Source of the DNA: an uncultured Gammaproteobacteria bacterium
Lineage (GTDB): Bacteria; Patescibacteriota; Microgenomatia; Levybacterales; UBA12049
Assembly: GCA_964553245.1 (NCBI GenBank)
Contig: CAZKJM010000001.1
Coordinates: 81,806-145,805, forward strand
Reading direction: 5' to 3'
Length of the DNA: 64,000 nt
Shown here: positions 8,949 to 19,317 of the stretch, piece by piece
How the letters are laid out: every line of letters begins with the position of its first letter
Position numbering within the stretch: position 1 is the first letter of the stretch
Position numbers and translations under genes: made by a program
The notes under the pieces: generated by a model
Databases searched by the model: none
What the model saw: only the letters and a program-made list of their open reading frames with translations
What the model was told of the DNA's origin: nothing

Positions 8949-10038
8949 AAATCTTAAAGGTTTCTATAGCAGTTTTTTTCCATGAAAATTTAGATGCTCT
9001 TTTATATGCATTTTCAATTTTATTTTTAAAATCCTGTTTTTTCTTTTTGTATACATAAATCATTTTTTCTTCCATATCAAAAATATCATAAGGGTCAAAG
9101 TAAATGGCATCATTTTTGCAGATTTCTTTGACTGATGGGATATTAGAAGCTAAAACTAAGCATTTATTTGAAATTGCTTCTATTACGGGTAAACCGAATC
9201 CTTCCATAAAAGAAGGCATTATTAATGCGATTGCTCCTCTGTATAATTCTTTAAGTTTTTCATCCGTAACTCGTCCTGTTAGAATAACTGATTTAGATAA
9301 TCCATCTTCATTTATTTTATTTTTTATTTTTTTATAAAAGTAATCCTCTTTTCCAACCATAAATAATTTTAGATCTTTAAATTGGTTATTAAGGTTTTTA
9401 AACGCATTTATTAAGCCCTCAAGATTTTTATGTGGGTATGCATTTCCAACATATAAAAAATATCTATCTCTGCTTTCCTTACTAAAAGTTTTACTACTAT
9501 TAACAATTTCAGACCCCTCATGAGTTATATAAATCATATCTTTATTAACTTTTAAGTGACTTATTACCTCCATTCTTGTAGCCTCAGATGGAACAATTAT
9601 TGCAATTGCTTTTTTAGCAATACTTTTAATAACAAATTTATATCCCAGTTTTTTAAATTTATAAATTGGCATAGGCAAAGTCGATGCTTTACCTGTTGAA
9701 TGATGATCTATTATTAAATCGTGAATCGTTACTATATATGGTTTACTGTAAAAAACCGGTACCGAAAAATAAGGAAAATGCATTAAATCTAGATTTTCTT
9801 TATAAATTATTTTAGGAAAAACAAATTGCTCTTTTAAAGAGTGCCAATTAATATCCGCTACTGTTAATTTGAAGTTTTTATTTTTAACATCTTTTTTTAT
9901 AGAAGTCTTGTCACTGCTTTTAATAAATAAAGTATATTCATTTTTTTTATCTATTTTCTGAAGTTCTTTTATTAAATTTCTAGTGTATCTGCCAATGCCA
10001 GTCTGGTTCCAAAATCTTGCATCAATACCAATTTTCAT
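8914..10038 (-). CDS. GT4 glycosyltransferase (MtfB-like)
   Basis: IGIDAR, TGIGRY, VTIHDL, PHKNL, EGFGLPVIEA. Confidence 0.92.
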   Translation of the reverse strand: MKIGIDARFWNQTGIGRYTRNLIKELQKIDKKNEYTLFIKSSDKTSIKKDVKNKNFKLTVADINWHSLKEQFVFPKIIYKENLDLMHFPYFSVPVFYSKPYIVTIHDLIIDHHSTGKASTLPMPIYKFKKLGYKFVIKSIAKKAIAIIVPSEATRMEVISHLKVNKDMIYITHEGSEIVNSSKTFSKESRDRYFLYVGNAYPHKNLEGLINAFKNLNNQFKDLKLFMVGKEDYFYKKIKNKINEDGLSKSVILTGRVTDEKLKELYRGAIALIMPSFMEGFGLPVIEAISNKCLVLASNIPSVKEICKNDAIYFDPYDIFDMEEKMIYVYKKKKQDFKNKIENAYKRASKFSWKKTAIETFKIYESCFSLRQNK

Positions 10039-10044
10039 AAACGA

Positions 10045-10073
10045 ATTATAGCTAAATAAATCCGAGAAGACAA
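10045..10073 (-). promoter_or_regulatory. Promoter, leaderless GT4 gene
   Basis: TTGTCT-N17-TATAAT-N6-ATG(10038). Confidence 0.65.
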
Positions 10074-10084
10074 TCTATTTTAAA

Positions 10085-10978
10085 TTAAGCACTTAATTTA
10101 GTAAGTTTTTCTTTCAAATTAATTGCAGAAAACATGATCCAATTAATAAAAAATGGGTATTTTTGTTTATAGTTTTTTTTATAAAAAATTCTCATTGCGT
10201 TAAATCTTGCCTTAGACACAATTTCTTTTGTTTTATTATCAGCTGTAGAAATTTCTGATGAAATCTTTTTTATTCCACCAGAAACTCCTTTATAGTGAAG
10301 AATTGCAACATCTGGAACATAATATATTTTCCATCCTTGTTTTTTTAATTGATAACAGAAATCAATATCTTCTCCATAAAAGAAATAGTCTTCGTCCCAC
10401 CAACCTGCTTCACTTCCAGCCTCTCTTTTAACAAGCATAAATGCTCCGGCAAGAGCATCGATTTCGTGAGTTTTATTTAAATCCATATAATTAAGGTTAT
10501 AACCATTGAGAATTTTTAATTTGGGGAATATTTTTGAAAGACCTGAGAAGTGACATAACGAATTCCATGGGGTTGGAAAACCTCTATGAGACGCATCATC
10601 AATTCTCCCATTAACTAAAAGCACTTTACAAGTAGCTGCTCCGGCATCTTCTGTTTTGTTCATAAAATTAATCATACGCTCAATCGTATTCTTATAAATA
10701 ACCGTGTCCGAGTTTAAAAATAGGATGTATTTGCCCTTTGCTTTTTTTAATCCCAAATTATTAGCTTTAGAAAAACCTAGATTCTTATTGCTTCTGATTA
10801 AATTTACTTTAGGAAATTTATCTTTTACCATTTCTACAGAATCATCAGTGGAATTATTGTCTACAACGATTACTTCATAATTTATTTTTCTTGAAATATT
10901 TTCAAAAACTGACTCCAAGCATTTTTTCAAAAAATTGCTTGTATTAAATGAAATAATTATTATAGATAAATCAACCAT
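10085..10978 (-). CDS. GT2 glycosyltransferase (WbbL-like)
   Basis: VVDNNSTD, GFSKANN, LFLNSDT, GAFML, YGEDID. Confidence 0.92.
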   Translation of the reverse strand: MVDLSIIIISFNTSNFLKKCLESVFENISRKINYEVIVVDNNSTDDSVEMVKDKFPKVNLIRSNKNLGFSKANNLGLKKAKGKYILFLNSDTVIYKNTIERMINFMNKTEDAGAATCKVLLVNGRIDDASHRGFPTPWNSLCHFSGLSKIFPKLKILNGYNLNYMDLNKTHEIDALAGAFMLVKREAGSEAGWWDEDYFFYGEDIDFCYQLKKQGWKIYYVPDVAILHYKGVSGGIKKISSEISTADNKTKEIVSKARFNAMRIFYKKNYKQKYPFFINWIMFSAINLKEKLTKLSA

Positions 10979-10982
10979 AATT

Positions 10983-12152
10983 TTAAATCGATGCTTTATA
11001 TATATATTCTAATCTCTGCGCAATTTTTTTCCAGTCATATTTATCTTCGATTAATTCTCTTGCATTATTCGTTAGCTTTTCAAACAAATCTTTATTATTT
11101 AATAGGTCAATCAAGCATTTAGAAAATTCATAACTGTCTAATGCTGTTAATACGTGGGTTTTATTTTTTGCTCCAATTCCTTCTACGCCAAGCTCTGTGG
11201 TAACAACTCCAACTCCACTAGCCATTGCTTCAAGAATTTTAAAACTTGTTCCACCACCGATCCTTATTGGAGCAAGTAAAATATCTGTTTTCTTAAATAT
11301 TTCTTCTGTTTCTTCATTGTTGTTATAATCGAAAACTACGTTTTTAAAATCTCGACTTCTAAATGCTTCCGGAATATTTTTTCCAACAATCCATAATTGA
11401 GTATTATCTACTTTTTGTAATACTTTTGGCCAGATATCAAAAAGGATAAACTTTAACGCATCAATATTTTGCACCCATTTAAAATCTCCAATAAAAAGAA
11501 TTTTCTTGTTTTTATTTAAAAAATTTTTTTTATCAAATTTGAATTTTCCGATATCTACACCGTTTGGAATAACTTCTGCATTTTTAATCCCCATTAACGA
11601 CTTTTCTATGTCGGAAACCGCAATAAGTTTTTTTGCCTTTTTCCAAAACTGTTGCTCTTTTATTTTTAACTTATAAACATCCCAATATAAAAATGGCTTA
11701 AGAAAAAAAATCGCCCTGTCGGAAAATCTTTTATAAACTAGGTACTCAACATTATGCTCAACTAAAACTGTTGGCAAATTTGTTTTTGGAAGATTTTGAA
11801 ATACATACGAAGTTTCTATGTGAATAAGATCATATTTTTCATTTTTTAATTCATTTCTAATCTTTTTTCTTAGTAATTTATTCTTATGCCCTGTTATTAA
11901 AAACGGATTTAAAGAAAAAGCGGTTTTTATTATATTTTTAAAGCTCCATTGCTTAAATCTTGGGACAGTTAAAACTTTATCGCAAATTTCTTTGACTTTA
12001 CTTATTTCTTTTTCGTTTTGATTATCTCTTTTTTCACAAATTAAAGTAATTGAGTTTTTTTTTGATAGTTCTTTAATTAAGTTATAAAGCCTAATATGTC
12101 CTCCTGAATAAAGAGGATAAGGTAAAAAAGAAGAAATCATTAATATTCTCAT
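10983..12152 (-). CDS. GT4 glycosyltransferase
   Basis: PYPLYSGG, EHNVE, IPNGVD, GGGTSFKILEAMASG. Confidence 0.92.
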   Translation of the reverse strand: MRILMISSFLPYPLYSGGHIRLYNLIKELSKKNSITLICEKRDNQNEKEISKVKEICDKVLTVPRFKQWSFKNIIKTAFSLNPFLITGHKNKLLRKKIRNELKNEKYDLIHIETSYVFQNLPKTNLPTVLVEHNVEYLVYKRFSDRAIFFLKPFLYWDVYKLKIKEQQFWKKAKKLIAVSDIEKSLMGIKNAEVIPNGVDIGKFKFDKKNFLNKNKKILFIGDFKWVQNIDALKFILFDIWPKVLQKVDNTQLWIVGKNIPEAFRSRDFKNVVFDYNNNEETEEIFKKTDILLAPIRIGGGTSFKILEAMASGVGVVTTELGVEGIGAKNKTHVLTALDSYEFSKCLIDLLNNKDLFEKLTNNARELIEDKYDWKKIAQRLEYIYKASI

Positions 12153-13618
12153 GGCTTTTCTTTTAAATTAAACAATGCGAAATCCGAGGTTGCTTTTATA
12201 ATTTTATATTCTTTTCCAATTTCTAAATCTTTTTCTGTTGGACTAATGATTGCCAAGTAATCTGCTCCCAGTAAAGACATTTGAGAAAGGGAATTTTGAA
12301 AACTTGCCCAACCTTTTCTTTTTGTCTGATAAAGAAAAGATGTATCTCCATTGTAATTTGCGATTATTTTTGCATCTTTTGGAATTAATTTATCAATTTC
12401 TTCTCCTGCAATAACTATTGAACGATTATTAATATTAAAAAAATCTCTTACAATATACCAACTAAAGAAAAATGTAAACAAAACTATAAGCGCAAATATT
12501 AAATAAGAAATAATTTTGTTTGTTAAATTTTTATTATTTAACAAGAACGAGCTACCTACTCCAAGATAAACAGCAATACTTGGAATTATTAAAATTTGGT
12601 AATAATCATGTTGAACATTTCCTCTTGCTATTACAAATAAATATAATAATGACGACAACGAAAACGAAAATAAAAATAATAAATCATTTTTCTTTTGCCT
12701 TGCGATAAACCCCAATATGAAAAGTCCAATTCCCCAAAATCCTAAAATTAATTTTCCAATTCTTTCTGCAAATATCCAGTAAAAAAAGGATCCTTTAAAT
12801 CGTATATTCCCTCCGTTAAAAAGCCAGTCGCTTGCAGGAATACCTTCTGGGTATTGACTAATCCAAAATCTCCATAAAATAAGCGGAATAATAGAAATAA
12901 CTGCGTAAAGCCATAAATTCCATTTTTTAAGAAAGCTTAAACCAAATTTTTCGTAAGAAAGATATATTAATGGCAGCGTAAAAAATAAGGCATATGGTTT
13001 AACCAAAAAAGCTAAAGTTGTAAATAATAAGCTTAAGATGAACTGATGATTAAAGATTGATAACCTAAGGTCTTTATTAAGCCATTTATCAAAAAAATAA
13101 ATTCCCCCAAGATTTAAGGTAACCATCAATGGATCAGGAAGGATTGTTCTTGAGTAATAAATATTGAATGGCAAAAATAAAAAGAAAAAATACGTCAATA
13201 ATCCAGTCAAGAATCCAAATCTTTTTCTAATAATAAGAAAAAGAAAAAGCCCTGAAAAAACTGAACCAAAAATATTGATCAGTCTTCCCCACTCTTCCAA
13301 GCTTAAAAAATTAAACAAAATAAATCCACCTGCTTGAAGCGCATTAAAAACCGGAAATTCCACAAATCTATATCCTTGAGGATTATTTATTCCTGATGGC
13401 ACATTCGACAAATCGTCAAACCGCGGATGTAAGAAATCAAAACCGTTATTGACAAAATTTCTTGAAACAGATGATGTATCCGCTTGTCTCCATGAATGCC
13501 AATCTGCAATTGGGTTATTAAATCCATAAAATCTTACTAAAAAACCAAGGATGAACAAAATAACCACGGAAATAATTTTATTTTTATTATTTTTGAGCAT
13601 TTTTCTTAACTTCCGCAT
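12149..13618 (-). CDS. GT-C (PMT_2/ArnT-like) membrane glycosyltransferase
   Basis: Polytopic; WRQADT, EFP, SRTILPD, LVKP, HDYY motifs. Confidence 0.8.
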   Translation of the reverse strand: MRKLRKMLKNNKNKIISVVILFILGFLVRFYGFNNPIADWHSWRQADTSSVSRNFVNNGFDFLHPRFDDLSNVPSGINNPQGYRFVEFPVFNALQAGGFILFNFLSLEEWGRLINIFGSVFSGLFLFLIIRKRFGFLTGLLTYFFFLFLPFNIYYSRTILPDPLMVTLNLGGIYFFDKWLNKDLRLSIFNHQFILSLLFTTLAFLVKPYALFFTLPLIYLSYEKFGLSFLKKWNLWLYAVISIIPLILWRFWISQYPEGIPASDWLFNGGNIRFKGSFFYWIFAERIGKLILGFWGIGLFILGFIARQKKNDLLFLFSFSLSSLLYLFVIARGNVQHDYYQILIIPSIAVYLGVGSSFLLNNKNLTNKIISYLIFALIVLFTFFFSWYIVRDFFNINNRSIVIAGEEIDKLIPKDAKIIANYNGDTSFLYQTKRKGWASFQNSLSQMSLLGADYLAIISPTEKDLEIGKEYKIIKATSDFALFNLKEKP

Positions 13619-16600
13619 CTAAGATTACTTGATAGTCTGTTACGCTTCCATCGCTATTAAATATTAAAATCTTTTTATCCAAAGACATCTCTGTACTTCT
13701 TAATGCTATATTTAAATCAAGATATTTATTGATTTTTATATTGTCGTTTTTAAAAGACAACCAAACTGCATCCTCTATTCCTACCGGAAAAACCCAAGCA
13801 TCACCGTATTTAATCGGAACATCAACAAAGTTCAACTCAACGGGACCTTTCGCCCACTCGTTTTTATATATTGAATCTATAGAAATAAAAAATTTCTTGC
13901 ACTTATCTCCCGCTCCTAACCAATCAAAGGATGTTTGCCGTAAGCTAATGATGTGGAAAAGAGAATATGTACTAATTAATATAAAAATTGAAAAAACTGC
14001 TATTTGTCTACCGTTAACTAATAAGAATTCAAAAAACTTCTTAACCAAAAGAACAAGAATAAAGATTATTCCAATTGATGCAAGATAACTGTATCTTGAA
14101 GTAATATTTCCAAGACCTATAAAGGGGAGAAGCGAAACCACAAAAAATATAAAACTGAATAAAATAATTCCTTTTTCGTTCCTTTCAAATGCTCGTAAAA
14201 TATTTTTATATACGATGTATAAAATAAATACCACAATTAATATTATTAATGTCGAAGCCAAAATATTTTCTCTTGCATTTATTCTTATTGACTCATAAAT
14301 AGGCAGAGCTATCGGACCCAATAATGTAATAAAAATATAACCGAAAATATTTCCAATAAAGTTAAGAGGTAGTTTTACAAGATTATAGTTATAATCCCCA
14401 TTTAACCAGTGACTGTTTGATAAATATCTTGCGATTAAATAGATAGCTACCGGAATAAAAAAACTTAAAAAGTCCTTTCTTCTAAGAAATGTTTTTATAT
14501 TTGTAATCGAATTATCCTTAAATTTATAAGCTAAGACAAGAAGCGGTAACGCAACTCCTAATTCGTGAAACAACAAGGACATTGCAAAAGAAATAAAAGA
14601 CAGAATAAAAAGATAAAATTTTCGTTTCTCGTCCCAATTAATAAATAATATTAAACCCAGTAATCCAAAAAATGCATTGAACAGGTGTCCTGTCGGAGCA
14701 ATCCAATAGACCATTTCTAGTGATCCGCTCATTGTTAAGAATAATACTGACGCAAAAAATGCTAATAATTTTCTATTAAATACTTTTCTTCCTAAAATAA
14801 AAACTAAGACCGAAATTGCAAAATGCAGAAAAATGGAAACCGAATGATAGACAACTTGATTCAGCCAAAAAATGTTATACATAAAATAAAAGTAAACTTT
14901 TGTTCCTGGTCTATAAAAAAAACCGTCAGACGAGGTAAAAAAACCTAATATTCCATTTTTTGCATCAGCCGCCCATCTAAGCCATGTAAAATCATCGCCT
15001 GTAAAAAAGCTCTCTATGCTTGAAGAAAACAAAAAGAAGGCAATAAAAAATAAATATATCGCAATTGCCCAAGTTGACGTGGCAATCTTTTTTAACTCAG
15101 GCAACAGACTTATTGATTTTTTTTGATAAAGAACAAGCGTTGCAAAAGCTAACCCCATTAAAATCCATAATACAAAAGCAATCTTTGAAGCTTCAAACAC
15201 ATCAATTAACGTTGCATTTAAAGCAAGACCTATCACTCCTGCAACAAAACCCAAAATAAAACTTTTTGCAATTTTCGAGTCAATATCCGGCCAAATTTTT
15301 TTTACATAAACTCCAAAAGATAAAAATATCGCTAAAAAGGAAATAAGACCCAAAAGCCCTACTTCCCCAAGTAATCTAAGATAATTATTGTCAACTGCAA
15401 GACTTACCGAACCATAACCGCTACCTAATAATATGTTTCTATTAAACGCATCAAGAGCCCTTGGCCATTCTCCCTGAAACCTCGTTGTAAAAGACATATC
15501 GTAAGCAGCTGCTCTTTTAACTATAAAATCGCCGTGTAAAACTAAATGATCTGCGCCAATTTTTTCTTTGGCATTTGGAGGAAACTCATAAAAAAAACTA
15601 TCTAATCTATTAACTACTGGTGATAATAATAGATTAATATAACCTGTTCCTTGGGGTAGATTTTCTCCGGTTGAGATGTTTGTTGCAACAACTAATGGTA
15701 CCTTTTCTGGAATATATTTATGGTCTAAAATCGCAGTTGGAGAAGCAAGGGGATCATTTTTATCTCCAGTTAATGCCCTATTTAATTCTTCTTTATCTTT
15801 AACATTTTTTTGTAGTACTATTTTATTTTTAAAGTATTCTTGGTTAACAAATTTAACGTGGCCAACCGACTCTCCTGTTTTTGCATCAACTAACACGTCT
15901 ACTTCTTTAACTGTGCTTTTAAAACGATCAAAAAGAGATGTTTGAAAACTAAGTATTAATATTGAAGAAACTAAAATTATCGGAATCGAGATCAATACAA
16001 GTTTTTTCTTTTGAAAGAAAAGGACTATAAATAACGAAACCAGTAAAACAAAAAAAGAAACTCTCGATACAGTCATAAATAAAAGAATAAATCCAAAAAT
16101 CGAAGTAACTAAAAGAACAAATTTTAAAAGTAGGTTTTTAATTCCGAAAAATAAACTAACAATAATTGGAATTATTAACACCAAATAAGCTGCCAAATCA
16201 TAATGCCCCGCAAAAGTTGACGGAACTCTTGATAATTGAGATAACTGGATTGGAGTACCTTTGGCAAACTCTTCATTCATTGTTAAATAAGCCGGAAAAC
16301 CAAGATATTTTTGACCAAAGCCATATCCAATTACTGCAATAAGTGAGATAACAAGAGCGGCAACTATAAAAGGAAGGTATTTTTTATTTTTCATTCCCTG
16401 AAAAGCAATAAAAAATAAGCTCATGTATTCTATATGTCTTAAGAGGCTCAAGAATGCCACGTTTGGAAAAACATTCGCAATTTTAGGAAAAATCAATAAT
16501 ATTCCATGAAGCGTTGCAACTATTCCAATAGACCAAAAAATAAAAATCGGCATTGTCAAGGGCGTTTTTAAATTGATTTTTTTTAAGAATAAAAGGGCAA

Positions 16601-16769
16601 CCCAAAACAAAAGAACAAATAAAACAATAAAATCTTCAAGTCTTACATATACCCATGTATTTCTAATATCAACCATTGGTATTTTAGGATAAAGCGGAAT
16701 AAATGCTAGTAAAAAAAGTGATATTAAAAATAAAATATTATTCTTAATAAAAGCAATTAATTTATTCAT
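13587..16769 (-). CDS. Fusion: O-antigen ligase/Wzy_C-like domain plus TMTC-like GT-C domain
   Basis: N-half has RVPSTFAGHYDLAAYL, TVSR and LGSGYGS...DNNYLRLLGEVGLLG; C-half has GDDF, FYRP, YHSVSIFLH and RYSY. One uninterrupted 1060-aa ORF. Confidence 0.75.
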   Translation of the reverse strand: MNKLIAFIKNNILFLISLFLLAFIPLYPKIPMVDIRNTWVYVRLEDFIVLFVLLFWVALLFLKKINLKTPLTMPIFIFWSIGIVATLHGILLIFPKIANVFPNVAFLSLLRHIEYMSLFFIAFQGMKNKKYLPFIVAALVISLIAVIGYGFGQKYLGFPAYLTMNEEFAKGTPIQLSQLSRVPSTFAGHYDLAAYLVLIIPIIVSLFFGIKNLLLKFVLLVTSIFGFILLFMTVSRVSFFVLLVSLFIVLFFQKKKLVLISIPIILVSSILILSFQTSLFDRFKSTVKEVDVLVDAKTGESVGHVKFVNQEYFKNKIVLQKNVKDKEELNRALTGDKNDPLASPTAILDHKYIPEKVPLVVATNISTGENLPQGTGYINLLLSPVVNRLDSFFYEFPPNAKEKIGADHLVLHGDFIVKRAAAYDMSFTTRFQGEWPRALDAFNRNILLGSGYGSVSLAVDNNYLRLLGEVGLLGLISFLAIFLSFGVYVKKIWPDIDSKIAKSFILGFVAGVIGLALNATLIDVFEASKIAFVLWILMGLAFATLVLYQKKSISLLPELKKIATSTWAIAIYLFFIAFFLFSSSIESFFTGDDFTWLRWAADAKNGILGFFTSSDGFFYRPGTKVYFYFMYNIFWLNQVVYHSVSIFLHFAISVLVFILGRKVFNRKLLAFFASVLFLTMSGSLEMVYWIAPTGHLFNAFFGLLGLILFINWDEKRKFYLFILSFISFAMSLLFHELGVALPLLVLAYKFKDNSITNIKTFLRRKDFLSFFIPVAIYLIARYLSNSHWLNGDYNYNLVKLPLNFIGNIFGYIFITLLGPIALPIYESIRINARENILASTLIILIVVFILYIVYKNILRAFERNEKGIILFSFIFFVVSLLPFIGLGNITSRYSYLASIGIIFILVLLVKKFFEFLLVNGRQIAVFSIFILISTYSLFHIISLRQTSFDWLGAGDKCKKFFISIDSIYKNEWAKGPVELNFVDVPIKYGDAWVFPVGIEDAVWLSFKNDNIKINKYLDLNIALRSTEMSLDKKILIFNSDGSVTDYQVILDAEVKKNAQK

Positions 16770-17632
16770 ATTTTAAAAGCCTCTAGGTAAGTATTTTCTA
16801 AATATTTATTATTGACTATTTTGCCTAAAACCACAAGAATCAATGCCTTTGTTTTAAGGAAAAATACTGCAATTAGATACTGCCATCTTGGTTTATATTT
16901 TTTATAGAAAAATTTTATGCCTTTATAAATATTTAGTATCGCAAATGTTTTATTACTGCTTCCTCTCTCTTTGTGAATTATTTCTATATCTTTATAAAAA
17001 TAAGTATCAAAACCTCTTAATTTTGCTCTAAAACAAAGTTCCTGATCTTCCATATACATAAAAATTTCTTTTTCAAACATTCCCAGTTTATTAAATAAAT
17101 CTTTTTTTATCATCAAGCTTGCTCCACTTACCCAATCAACTTTTTTGTTATTTTTGGGGCTAAATCTTAAAAATTCAAACCTTTCAAGCCCTAAAAGCAT
17201 TAAAAAAAGATTAAAGAGTGTATAAAATTTTCCTGCTGATTTTTGAATCGATCCGTTGGGAAATTTTAATTTTGCACCCAATATTCCGATTTTTTTATTT
17301 CCCTTCATAAACTCAATCATTTTTAAAAATCCTCTATCTTTAACTTCTGTATCCGAGTTTAGAAATAATAAATATTCTCCCTTAGCTTTATCAGCGCCAA
17401 GATTGCAACCCTTGGAGAATCCAAGGTTTTCTTTTAATTCAATTAATTTAATTTTTGAACTCAATTTTTTAAATGAGGAGATAGAATCATCAATTGAATT
17501 ATTGTCCACAAGAATGACTTCTAGCTCTTTTGAATCTAATTCTTTCTTATATTCTTTGTAAATTGATTCAACGCAAGATGTAGTTAAGTCTTTTGTATTG
17601 TAGTTTAAAATAACTATAGAAAGAGTAGTCAT
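16766..17632 (-). CDS. GT2 glycosyltransferase (WbbL-like)
   Basis: VDNNSID, GFSKGCN, FLNSDT, VDWVSGASLM, MYMEDQE. Confidence 0.92.
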   Translation of the reverse strand: MTTLSIVILNYNTKDLTTSCVESIYKEYKKELDSKELEVILVDNNSIDDSISSFKKLSSKIKLIELKENLGFSKGCNLGADKAKGEYLLFLNSDTEVKDRGFLKMIEFMKGNKKIGILGAKLKFPNGSIQKSAGKFYTLFNLFLMLLGLERFEFLRFSPKNNKKVDWVSGASLMIKKDLFNKLGMFEKEIFMYMEDQELCFRAKLRGFDTYFYKDIEIIHKERGSSNKTFAILNIYKGIKFFYKKYKPRWQYLIAVFFLKTKALILVVLGKIVNNKYLENTYLEAFKI

Positions 17633-17640
17633 TATATAAA

Positions 17641-18195
17641 TTATCTAAACCAGGCGGGTCTACCAAGTTTGTAATTTAGCTCTTTTACTTCTCGTTTCTT
17701 TATCGGCTTTGCGGGAACGCCTCCAACAACCATATTTTCCTCAACGTCTCGATTAACTACTGCTCCAGCTGCAATAATTGCACCTTTTTTAATCGTCACT
17801 CCAGGAAGGATTATTGATCTTGGTCCAACAAAAACATAATCTTCAATCACAACTGGTTCTGTTATTGCTTTAAACTTAGAATCATTAATATCATGCTCTG
17901 CGTTATAGACCATTACCTCTGAGGCGAAATCAACGTGATCTCCGATTATTAATTTATCTCTTCCATCCAAAACCACACCTTCTCCGATAACCGTATCCTG
18001 ACCGATTCTAATGCCACTTGGTTTATAAAACCTTGCGTTCGTATGAATTGCTGATCCTCTACCGATCCGCATTCCAGAAAGTCTATAAAAAAACTTCCTA
18101 AATTCGTGAGAGGGAACATGTCCAATCCAAATTAGAAGCATATTTAAAAATTCCAGTGAAATTGCTTTTATTCTTCTTGTTATTTTTTCTCCCAT
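17641..18195 (-). CDS. Hexapeptide (LbH) O-acyltransferase
   Basis: Hexapeptide repeats, PVVIEDYVFVGPRSIILPGVTI, GGVPAKPIKKR. Confidence 0.92.
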   Translation of the reverse strand: MGEKITRRIKAISLEFLNMLLIWIGHVPSHEFRKFFYRLSGMRIGRGSAIHTNARFYKPSGIRIGQDTVIGEGVVLDGRDKLIIGDHVDFASEVMVYNAEHDINDSKFKAITEPVVIEDYVFVGPRSIILPGVTIKKGAIIAAGAVVNRDVEENMVVGGVPAKPIKKREVKELNYKLGRPAWFR

Positions 18196-18215
18196 ATATT
18201 TTAAGCTTAATACAT

Positions 18216-19313
18216 CTATTTTTTATTTACCAATTCTTCCAGTGCTTTTAAAGTCTCTCTTGCTGTTTTTTCCCATGAAAATTTTTTAACCTGCTCATAA
18301 CCTTTTTTAATCATTTGTGCTCTTAGTTTCTCATTTTTTAAAACCTGATTAATTTTTGTTGTAATGTCGGAAACATTTTCTGGATCAATATAAACGGCAG
18401 CATCTCCACCTGCTTCGGGAAGAGAGGAAATATTGCTGGTAATTACAGGGCAACCGTATTTCATTGCCTCAAGTACAGGAAGACCAAATCCTTCATACAA
18501 AGATGGTAAAACAAAACATTTTGCATTTTTATAAAGTGACGGTAAATCTTCATTAGTTACAAAATCTAGAAACTTAACCCTATCCCTAACCTTATATTTA
18601 TCAGGAGCCGCTAATATTTCTTCATATAGCCAGCCTTTCTTACCAACAATAACTAAATCAACTTTTTTATCTTCAATTTTTGAGAATGCCTCAATTAGTC
18701 TCGAAGTATTTTTTCTTGGCTGAAGAGTCCCAACGAATAATAAGTACTGTTTATCTATTCCAAATTTCTTTAAGTCTGTATTTTTCATATCTTTTAACTG
18801 CTTAATGCCTGGGTAGGTCACAACTATCTTTTTTGAATCCACTTTATATTCTCTAATTATATCACTCTTGCTGGACTTGCTAATTGTAAAGATTAACTTT
18901 GCATTTACTGCAGAATATCTAGTCCAATTTATTAATTGATATAAATCATTTTTTTTAAATAAATCTGGAAAATGAATATAGGAAAGATCCATTATGGAAA
19001 TTGCTGTTGATGTAGGTGAGTATCTTGGGGCATAATGAGACGGTGTAAAAAAAACATCAGTTTTCTCTTTTTCAAACATTAATCTAAAAGGGAGAGCAAT
19101 TTGAGTCCACATTTTTTTAGGTCCAATTACTTTGTATTTCCAATTGCTAGACTCATTTGGCATATCTGAAAGAGGATTATCTTTTAGGTAAATTCTAAAA
19201 TCTAAATTCTGAGTCTTGAATTCATTGAGTTGCTTAAGCAACTCATATGCGTACTCACCTATTCCAACTCTATTTTTTACATTGGCTTCATTACCATCAA
19301 TTCCTATTATCAT
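18216..19313 (-). CDS. GT4 glycosyltransferase (MtfB-like)
   Basis: IGIDG, VGTLQPRKN, PSLYEGFGLPVLEAM. Confidence 0.93.
   Translation of the reverse strand: MIIGIDGNEANVKNRVGIGEYAYELLKQLNEFKTQNLDFRIYLKDNPLSDMPNESSNWKYKVIGPKKMWTQIALPFRLMFEKEKTDVFFTPSHYAPRYSPTSTAISIMDLSYIHFPDLFKKNDLYQLINWTRYSAVNAKLIFTISKSSKSDIIREYKVDSKKIVVTYPGIKQLKDMKNTDLKKFGIDKQYLLFVGTLQPRKNTSRLIEAFSKIEDKKVDLVIVGKKGWLYEEILAAPDKYKVRDRVKFLDFVTNEDLPSLYKNAKCFVLPSLYEGFGLPVLEAMKYGCPVITSNISSLPEAGGDAAVYIDPENVSDITTKINQVLKNEKLRAQMIKKGYEQVKKFSWEKTARETLKALEELVNKK
19188..19222. repeat. Degenerate in-gene heptamer repeat (5 units)
   Basis: GTAAATT CTAAAAT CTAAATT CTGAGTC TTGAATT, within the stretch encoding EFKTQNLDFRIY. Confidence 0.45.
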
Positions 19314-19317
19314 AATC

